NCBI GenBank assembly: GCA_012841375.1
Contig: DUUV01000028.1
Span: 66,602-130,601, forward strand
Direction: 5' to 3'
Source of the DNA: Candidatus Fermentithermobacillaceae bacterium
GTDB taxonomy: Bacteria; Bacillota; Sulfobacillia; Fermentithermobacillales; Fermentithermobacillaceae
DNA length: 64,000 nt
Under the pieces are notes generated by a model that saw nothing but the letters and a program-made list of their open reading frames with translations, did no database searches and was not told the DNA's origin. This document shows positions 57,617 through 64,000 of this stretch, piece by piece (within the stretch, counting starts at the first letter, position 1; the number at the start of each line of letters is the position of its first letter). The position numbers and the translations under genes are program-made.

Positions 57617-58978
57617 GTGGAGTTGAGGATCCGTCCGCACATAGAGCTCGACCCCGTAAGGGGACTCCTCATTGGAGGAGTAACGGCGGTGAAACTGGCC
57701 GAGAAACACGGAACCCCCCTCTACGTGTACTCAGAAGACGCGATCAGGGACTTGATGCGGGAATACACATCGGCGTTGGCAGGTGTCTATCCACAGCACG
57801 CCATCGTGTACGCGGGCAAAGCGTACCTTACCATGAGAATGGCCGAGATCGTCCATCAAGAAGGCCTCTGGCTGGATGTCTCTTCGGGCGGAGAATTGTT
57901 CATCGCCCTCCGAGCAGGCTTTCCTCCCGGGCGTATCGTCTTCCACGGCAACAACAAGAGCATTGATGAGATAGCCATGGCAGTATCGTCTGGCGTGGGC
58001 CGGATCGCCATCGACAACGTCACTGAACTCGAGAGAGTGCAGAGGGAGGCCGCGTCAAAAGGAGTTGTGCAGGGCGTTTTCCTGAGACTTACCCCGGGAA
58101 TCGACCCAGAGACCCATGAGTACCTGGCCACAGGTGTGATTGATTCGAAGTTCGGGATACCGATGCACTCGGGAGAACACCTGACGGCCGTCGGCATGAC
58201 GCTGGATTCACCCAACCTCGCGCTCAAGGGTATCCACTGCCACATCGGCTCCCAGATTTTCGACGATTCCCCCTTCCACCTGGCAGCGAACATCATGGTC
58301 GATTTCGCTGCCGAAGTCCGGGACAAGCTGGGATATGTGATCCCGGAACTGGACTTAGGTGGAGGCTTGGGCGTCCGCTACCGCGAGGCAGGCGAGGACT
58401 CCGGGATCAGAAGGCACCTCAGAAACACCGCTCAACAGGTGGCGGAAAGATGCCTGAGGAACGGACTCCCCACCCCCAAGCTCTTCTTTGAGCCGGGTAG
58501 ATCCTTAGTCGCTGCAGCGGCCGTCACTCTCTACACGGTGGGCACGGTCAAGACGCTGCCAAACGGTTGCCTGATAGCGGCCGTCGACGGAGGGATGTCC
58601 GACAACCCCCGACCGGTCCTGTACGGGGCCGAGTACGAAGCTATTCCGGCAAGGCCGTATGGAGACCGGGAGCTCTACGACTTCCGCGTAGTGGGAAAAC
58701 ACTGCGAGGAAGGAGACACCCTCATAAGGTCCGCCAAGTTGCCGATGCTGTCGCCGGGCGATGTCATAGCCGTCCCGGTATCTGGCGCCTACCAGTATGC
58801 CATGAGATCGAACTACAACCATCTTCCGCACCCTGCGGTCGTCCATGTCGCGGACAGGCAGTCGTTTGTTGTGGTTGAACGCCAAACTCTTGCCGATCTC
58901 ATTGCCAAGGAAAGACCTGTCCCCCCCTCACTCAGAAACGCCGGGCGAGAAGGATTACCGGACGTCGGAGCAGTATAG
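57617..58978 (+). CDS. lysA: Diaminopimelate decarboxylase
   Basis: Fold-III PLP decarboxylase (AGKAY, CHIGSQ, EPGRSLVA motifs). GTG 57617 with AGGGAGG RBS; the ORF-track start at 57458 is rejected. Confidence 0.9.
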   Translation: MELRIRPHIELDPVRGLLIGGVTAVKLAEKHGTPLYVYSEDAIRDLMREYTSALAGVYPQHAIVYAGKAYLTMRMAEIVHQEGLWLDVSSGGELFIALRAGFPPGRIVFHGNNKSIDEIAMAVSSGVGRIAIDNVTELERVQREAASKGVVQGVFLRLTPGIDPETHEYLATGVIDSKFGIPMHSGEHLTAVGMTLDSPNLALKGIHCHIGSQIFDDSPFHLAANIMVDFAAEVRDKLGYVIPELDLGGGLGVRYREAGEDSGIRRHLRNTAQQVAERCLRNGLPTPKLFFEPGRSLVAAAAVTLYTVGTVKTLPNGCLIAAVDGGMSDNPRPVLYGAEYEAIPARPYGDRELYDFRVVGKHCEEGDTLIRSAKLPMLSPGDVIAVPVSGAYQYAMRSNYNHLPHPAVVHVADRQSFVVVERQTLADLIAKERPVPPSLRNAGREGLPDVGAV

Positions 58979-59011
58979 CCTCAGGTATGAGGCACCGAAA
59001 AGGGTGAGAAA

Positions 59012-59995
59012 ATGGCGGACTTCGGCAGGGTTCACCAGACTTGTGACCGCGTATTGAACGAGATAGGAAAGGTCGTCATAGGCAAGAGAGAGCAAGCCAA
59101 GATGCTCCTCAGGTGCCTTTCGGTCTCGGGGCACGCCCTCCTGGAGGACGTCCCGGGGACAGGGAAAACGCTGCTGGCCAGGTCATTCGCCCGAGCCACC
59201 GGGCTTACGTTCAAACGAATCCAGTTCACACCTGACCTCCTCCCTTCAGATGTAGTGGGCGTAAACGTATTCAGCCAGAAAGACGGCGACTTTCGCTGGG
59301 TACCGGGTCCGGTGTTCGCCAACATCGTCTTGGCCGACGAATTGAACAGGGCCACGCCCAGGACACAGTCCAGCCTGCTTGAGGCAATGGAGGAACGGCA
59401 AGTCACTTCGGAGGGCCAGACCCGCAAGCTGCCCTCTCCTTTCATGGTGGTGGCGACACAAAACCCCATCGAGATGGAAGGAACCTTTCCGCTGCCTGAA
59501 GCCCAGGTAGACAGATTCTTGGTCAAGATAGACATGGGCTATCCCGGACGAGAGGAAGAACTGCAGATCATCGAGAGGTACTCGGGTGCCGGCACCCCCG
59601 AAGTTACAGGTGAGATAGAGGTCGCCATGACCCAAGACGATCTCGAGGAGATGAGGGAGGCCGCCGCCTCGGTGAAGATGTCTCAGGAAGTGGGAGCGTA
59701 CCTGATGTCTCTTGTGGAAGCCACAAGAGAGCACCCGGCCCTTCTGCTCGGAGTCAGCCCGAGGGGCGCCCTTCACCTGACAAGACTCGCCAAGGCTTCT
59801 GCGGCGCTGGACGGCCGAGATTACCTCTTGCCCGACGACATCAAGGATGTAGCCGTCCCGTGCCTAGCCCACAGGATAACACCGAAGTCCGAGACTTCTC
59901 TGAGGGGAAAGACCCGGAGGGAGATCATGGCCCAGGTGTTGGAAGACACACCCGTCCCGGTAGGACCGGCCGGGGACGCGCGGAATGGGCAATAG
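59012..59995 (+). CDS. MoxR-family AAA+ ATPase
   Basis: Walker A GVPGTGKT, Walker B VLADELNRA. Confidence 0.9.
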   Translation: MADFGRVHQTCDRVLNEIGKVVIGKREQAKMLLRCLSVSGHALLEDVPGTGKTLLARSFARATGLTFKRIQFTPDLLPSDVVGVNVFSQKDGDFRWVPGPVFANIVLADELNRATPRTQSSLLEAMEERQVTSEGQTRKLPSPFMVVATQNPIEMEGTFPLPEAQVDRFLVKIDMGYPGREEELQIIERYSGAGTPEVTGEIEVAMTQDDLEEMREAAASVKMSQEVGAYLMSLVEATREHPALLLGVSPRGALHLTRLAKASAALDGRDYLLPDDIKDVAVPCLAHRITPKSETSLRGKTRREIMAQVLEDTPVPVGPAGDARNGQ

Positions 59996-61244
59996 CTTTC
60001 GAACCATCTCCCTGGTCATGCTTGTCACCGGCGCGGTGCTGAAAAGGCCCCCTGTCACAGTGTTCGGCGCCTTCTTGCTCGGCATTGCGCTCTTATCGAA
60101 AAGCGTTTCCTATCTCTCTCTCGGCGAGATCGCCTACAAGCGCAAGCTCTCTTCACACACCGCATTCACAGGCGACTCAGTAGACCTCATCGTAACCGTG
60201 GAAAACATGAAACCGTTGCCCGTTCCCCTAACCTGCGACGACGAGATGCCAAAGTCGCTGGAGGTCCAGAGCGAGCCGGCCTCAACAGGCAGGCAACTGG
60301 GCAGGTCAGACCTTCGAAACCGGTTTTTCCTAGGCGGCTTTGAGACGGTATCGAGGAGATTCACCCTGAACTGCCCTGAAAGAGGGATTTACGATTTGGG
60401 TCCCGTGAGACTACAGTCGGGTGACCCATTCGGGCTCTACCCGGTGTCTCGTCAGGTTCAGCAAACAGACCGGTTGACTGTCTACCCAAGGGTGCTCCCG
60501 GTTGAAGAACCGCCTCACAGGACCCTCTACCCCTTCGGCACGGCGCGTGTCCCCTCGTGGATATACCACGACCCGAGCATGTTGAAGATGGTGAGAGAGT
60601 ACACGGTAGGCGATTCCCGCCGTCATGTTGACTGGAAAGCCACGGCCCGGAGCGGAAAGCTTCAGACCCGGGTATTTGACGCCACGTTTGGAAATCGCGT
60701 TGTGATTTGCCTCGACGTAGCCACCTCGAGGGCTCCCTGGGAAGGCATCGACAGGGAAGTGTTTGAGAGCTTGGTCGTCGCCGCCGCGTCGGTCGCCCAT
60801 TACTTTGTCGCCAGAAAATTCCCTGTCGGCCTCACATCCAACGGAGTCACTCAAGGCAAGGAAGGATCGCATTTGGCCCAGTGTCCCCCTGCCGCGGGCG
60901 ACTCGCACCTGGCCGGCATCTTGAGCCAGCTGGCCGGCCTGAACTACTACGTGTTCGGGTCCGCTCTGGCCGCGTGCCAAAGGTCCTACGTGACTGCCGG
61001 GGGTTCCTTCCCTCTGGTCATCACGGCACTCGTAGATGAAACCACCCTTGCCCTGGTCGAGAGCCTGCGGACGAGCGCTCCGCGCGTCGCGGTCATTTCG
61101 ATTGATTCGGACAAACGCCATCTCCCGCGCGACAGAGACCTGATGAGAGCCCTGTCTCTGATGTCAGGGGTCACGGCCATGACGGGACGCTTGGAAGGAG
61201 GATGGGCAGTTGCAGAGAGCCTCTCCCTCTCTCCCCTGGACTAA
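59985..61244 (+). CDS. DUF58 (VWA-like) protein, MoxR partner
   Basis: REYTVGDSRRHVDWKATAR motif characteristic of DUF58. Confidence 0.85.
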   Translation: MGNSFRTISLVMLVTGAVLKRPPVTVFGAFLLGIALLSKSVSYLSLGEIAYKRKLSSHTAFTGDSVDLIVTVENMKPLPVPLTCDDEMPKSLEVQSEPASTGRQLGRSDLRNRFFLGGFETVSRRFTLNCPERGIYDLGPVRLQSGDPFGLYPVSRQVQQTDRLTVYPRVLPVEEPPHRTLYPFGTARVPSWIYHDPSMLKMVREYTVGDSRRHVDWKATARSGKLQTRVFDATFGNRVVICLDVATSRAPWEGIDREVFESLVVAAASVAHYFVARKFPVGLTSNGVTQGKEGSHLAQCPPAAGDSHLAGILSQLAGLNYYVFGSALAACQRSYVTAGGSFPLVITALVDETTLALVESLRTSAPRVAVISIDSDKRHLPRDRDLMRALSLMSGVTAMTGRLEGGWAVAESLSLSPLD

Positions 61245-62568
61245 GGCGGCGGGCTCGGCCCTGGTGATAGGTGTACCCGCTTATCTATGGGCGTCGGCGT
61301 TCGGCCTCTCCCGTCACCTTTGGTCGCCCGGCGGTTGGCAAGCCCTCCTGGCAGCCTCTATTGCCCTACCCTTCGTCTTCCTGATTTGGGCCGACCGCTC
61401 ATCGGAGTCGGGCGTGCTGCGCAGAGCGTATCTCGGGTTCATGGCCATCTGCCTGTCTCTCGTGCCCGTCTCAAGTCTCGTCAAGGAGTTGGCCCCATGG
61501 GTGCTCGACGCAAGCCTCTTCGCAGCCGCCTTGGGGGCCGTCGCATTGGTGTGGCAGAGAGACAGGAGCCCGGCAGGCTGGCAGAGGAAGACACTGTGGG
61601 CATTCATAGCCGCACCCGTCCCTTCCTTGATCACCGGCTCGTCGCGGGCGATCCCCGATCACCCGTCATTGCTCTCCATGTCCCTCTTGATGGTCACGGG
61701 AGTCACGCTATGCCTCACCGAGAACGAGGGGAGTACCGGCGGACACCGTCCTGCAAGACGCCTGGCGTCCATAGCGGCCCTTCTGTTCATATTGGGGTAT
61801 CTGGCCTCCTCACTGGCCCCGGGCGCTTCTCTGGCGGCGTCCTGGGGGCTGAGAGGCATCATGAGCGCGTTCAGGGCGGTCCTCTTGGAGCTCGTGAAGC
61901 CCCTGAGCATCCTGGTCGGTTGGCTTATCGACCTTCTCCTGGCGGTTGTGGCGAAAGGCCAAGAGAACGAAGCGCCTTTGAACCCGTTCGAGAGGCCGGA
62001 GCTGCCGGAGAACATCGAAGAACACGCCCCTTCGGAAGCGTGGGCCTTCATCGGATGGGTATTGGCGGCGATCCTCGTGATCGTGGCGCTCAGGGTCATA
62101 TGGAGACTCCTCGAAAGGTACGCCTCAAGGTCAAGAGGCCCGGTGGTGGAAGAAACCCGGTCCAGCGAGTACTCGGCATTAAGAGCTGCCCGTTGGGCGC
62201 TGGACAAGGTGAAGGAACTTGGGAATCCCCTGGCATCGATCATCTCCCAGAGATTCAGGCGGAAGAGAGATGAAGACCCGCTGGTCGCCACCTACGGCGA
62301 ATTCCTGGCTCTGGCGGCATCTTTCGGTCATAGCAGGGCGCCGTCCCAGACCCCGCTTGAGTTTTCCCTAGCGCTAAGGGAGAAATGCCCCGGTTCTACT
62401 CTTCACATAGAACGAATAACCGGGATTTTCGTCAGCTGTTTCTACGGGGAACGCCCTGCCCTTCCGGAAGAACTGTCCTCCATGCGCGAGAGCCTGGTCG
62501 CCCTCGAGTCGGTCCTGGCCGCACAAGCTAAAGACGACCGGCCGGCAGACACCGCCACACAAGAATAA
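61210..62568 (+). CDS. Polytopic membrane protein with a C-terminal DUF4129-like domain; third gene of the MoxR operon (start uncertain)
   Basis: Multiple TM helices; C-terminal QTPLEFSLAL...FYGERP pattern typical of DUF4129. Confidence 0.55.
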   Translation: MQRASPSLPWTKAAGSALVIGVPAYLWASAFGLSRHLWSPGGWQALLAASIALPFVFLIWADRSSESGVLRRAYLGFMAICLSLVPVSSLVKELAPWVLDASLFAAALGAVALVWQRDRSPAGWQRKTLWAFIAAPVPSLITGSSRAIPDHPSLLSMSLLMVTGVTLCLTENEGSTGGHRPARRLASIAALLFILGYLASSLAPGASLAASWGLRGIMSAFRAVLLELVKPLSILVGWLIDLLLAVVAKGQENEAPLNPFERPELPENIEEHAPSEAWAFIGWVLAAILVIVALRVIWRLLERYASRSRGPVVEETRSSEYSALRAARWALDKVKELGNPLASIISQRFRRKRDEDPLVATYGEFLALAASFGHSRAPSQTPLEFSLALREKCPGSTLHIERITGIFVSCFYGERPALPEELSSMRESLVALESVLAAQAKDDRPADTATQE

Positions 62569-62642
62569 AAGCTGAGAAGGAACCCAATCCTCTCTAGTCC
62601 GTCGATCCTTGTGTAGAAACCTTTGCCAATGGAGGGCATATC

Positions 62643-64000
62643 ATGCTGTCTTCGCCACACCCGAAAACCAGAGTCACGAGAACCGCAGGCCTCATACTCA
62701 TTGCGATCGCCATTACGCTGGGCGCTTTTTCGCCTCTGGCCCTGTCCGCAGCCGAACCTTCCACATACCGGTCACTCGGGCGGCTCACGGGGGGCATGCG
62801 TAACAGGTTCTCTTTCATGTTCGCGTCTGACAGTCACCTGGGATACGGGCCTGCCAACCGGAACACCGAACTGGCACTCGAGGACGTAGTCGCGCATGAG
62901 AAAAACATCGCTTTCGGGGTTGTGGTAGGAGACATAACGGAGACTGGCGCCGGAGCGGAATACGAATTGTTCAAGGGACTCACCGGAGACCTGCCCTTCC
63001 CCGTCATGGGCGCGATGGGCAACCATGAGTCCAAGTGGCAAGACCCGCAAGGCTCCCTCCTGGCGTCCGGGATCGGGCCTCGCAATTACTCATTTGAATA
63101 CGGCTCCTGGCATTTCGTAGTCCTCGACTCAACTTACCCAGGCCAGACCATAGGGACACTCGAACCGGCCACACTGGAATGGCTCGAGAAAGACCTCAGG
63201 GCCCAGCCCAAAACGAGACCGGTGGCAATATTCTCACATCACCCTCTCCTCTACGAACCGTCACGGTTTCAGGATTCTGACGACGCGTTTGCCTCGCTCC
63301 TGGACAAGTTCCCGGTCAGAGCGGTGTTTTGCGCCCACGGTCACTCGTTCATCACCTGGAAGGGACAAGGCAGGGATTTCTTGATGACAGGCGCCCTCAT
63401 GGACGCCGCGTACACGGTCGTCGAGGTGAACGGAAACTCATTGACGGCCTACTCCGTGAAGGTATCTCCTGAGGGCAGGGAGCGGCAGAAGGCCCTCGAA
63501 GTGCGTTCGCGGTACTGGAACACCAAGAAAGACCCCGCGCTGAACCCCATTTCGCTCTTTTCGGCCGAACCCGAAGGCGACGTTCTCTTGTGCAACCTGA
63601 GCCTCGCGGAGGAGGCGGAAGTGAGCATCGGGATAAACGGCGGTACGTACGTCTCGTTGGGGACCCTCGGAAAAGGAAGCCACACTCTGCCCCAGGATAT
63701 AGCAGGCCAGGCCAAAGGTTTCCACCGGGTGAGGGTCAAGGCCGTGACCGCCCAGGGACCCTTCTATGCTTCCCGGGAGTTCGGGAAAAGCCCGTACGAC
63801 TTGGTTCATTGGCGTCAAGACCTTGGGAGCGCCGTGGCCGGCGAACTCCTGCCGAGAGGCAGCGCTCAGGTCATAGTCGGGACCCGAGACGGCAAGATAA
63901 GGCTGTTCAACATCGAGACAGGCCTTGAGGTTTGGGAGTACGCTTCGGGCTCTCCTTGGGGCGGAGGGGTTATAGATGGAAATCGCCTCTATTTCGGGAC
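62643..64000 (+). CDS. Calcineurin-like metallophosphoesterase fused to PQQ-like beta-propeller repeats (3' end outside the window)
   Basis: Open frame from ATG 62643 after GGAGGG to the window end, absent from the ORF track because it has no stop. Signal peptide; GDITETG, GNHE, GHSF phosphoesterase motifs; GTRDGKIRLFNIETGLEVWEY propeller repeat. Confidence 0.7.
   Translation, partial: MLSSPHPKTRVTRTAGLILIAIAITLGAFSPLALSAAEPSTYRSLGRLTGGMRNRFSFMFASDSHLGYGPANRNTELALEDVVAHEKNIAFGVVVGDITETGAGAEYELFKGLTGDLPFPVMGAMGNHESKWQDPQGSLLASGIGPRNYSFEYGSWHFVVLDSTYPGQTIGTLEPATLEWLEKDLRAQPKTRPVAIFSHHPLLYEPSRFQDSDDAFASLLDKFPVRAVFCAHGHSFITWKGQGRDFLMTGALMDAAYTVVEVNGNSLTAYSVKVSPEGRERQKALEVRSRYWNTKKDPALNPISLFSAEPEGDVLLCNLSLAEEAEVSIGINGGTYVSLGTLGKGSHTLPQDIAGQAKGFHRVRVKAVTAQGPFYASREFGKSPYDLVHWRQDLGSAVAGELLPRGSAQVIVGTRDGKIRLFNIETGLEVWEYASGSPWGGGVIDGNRLYFG

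Overview
This 64-kb window looks like core chromosome from a high-GC (about 60-65%) endospore-forming Firmicute of the Clostridia/Bacilli type. Gene order is largely syntenic with Bacillus subtilis. No rRNA, tRNA, CRISPR array, transposase or integrase was recognised. Candidates for novelty are listed under findings; none can be called a new system from sequence alone.

Gene content in order:
- The end of the dcw cluster: murA 3' end, divIB/ftsQ, a DUF881 gene, sbp and ftsZ. There is no ftsA.
- The spoIIG locus: spoIIGA, sigE and sigG, immediately followed by spoIIR and ymxH/ylmC.
- An orphan HlyD-like adaptor, ylmE (YggS), divIVA, then an Asp/Glu racemase and an amidohydrolase-3 gene.
- A DUF1461-like membrane protein, a tandem-Walker-A ATPase and hisC.
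- A ylyA-like DksA/TraR gene, lspA and rluD.
- A small lower-GC insertion: a pyrE fragment, vapBC, a GNAT remnant and an intact GNAT gene.
- Two complete Opp/Dpp-type ABC operons, one on each strand.
- A BON-SH3b-NlpC/P60 lipoprotein.
- A two-gene operon divergent from lexA (a small acidic Trp-rich protein plus a dual-LysM protein) with a Cheo-type SOS box between them.
- A run of co-directional genes on the minus strand: spoVK, hflX and a ynbB-like gene, then miaB-mutS-mutL and miaA-hfq-YHS.
- An M42 peptidase, a VanW protein and an ECF sigma factor.
- A minus-strand operon: a secreted tandem FMN-binding (PplA-like) protein, a NarL-type response regulator and a soluble GAF-PAS kinase.
- A divergent pair: a small protein with a kinase-like D-x4-N plus DFG signature, followed by a PHP phosphoesterase.
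- A YkvI-like membrane protein, lysA, a MoxR-DUF58-DUF4129 operon, and a 3'-truncated metallophosphoesterase/beta-propeller gene that is missing from the ORF track.
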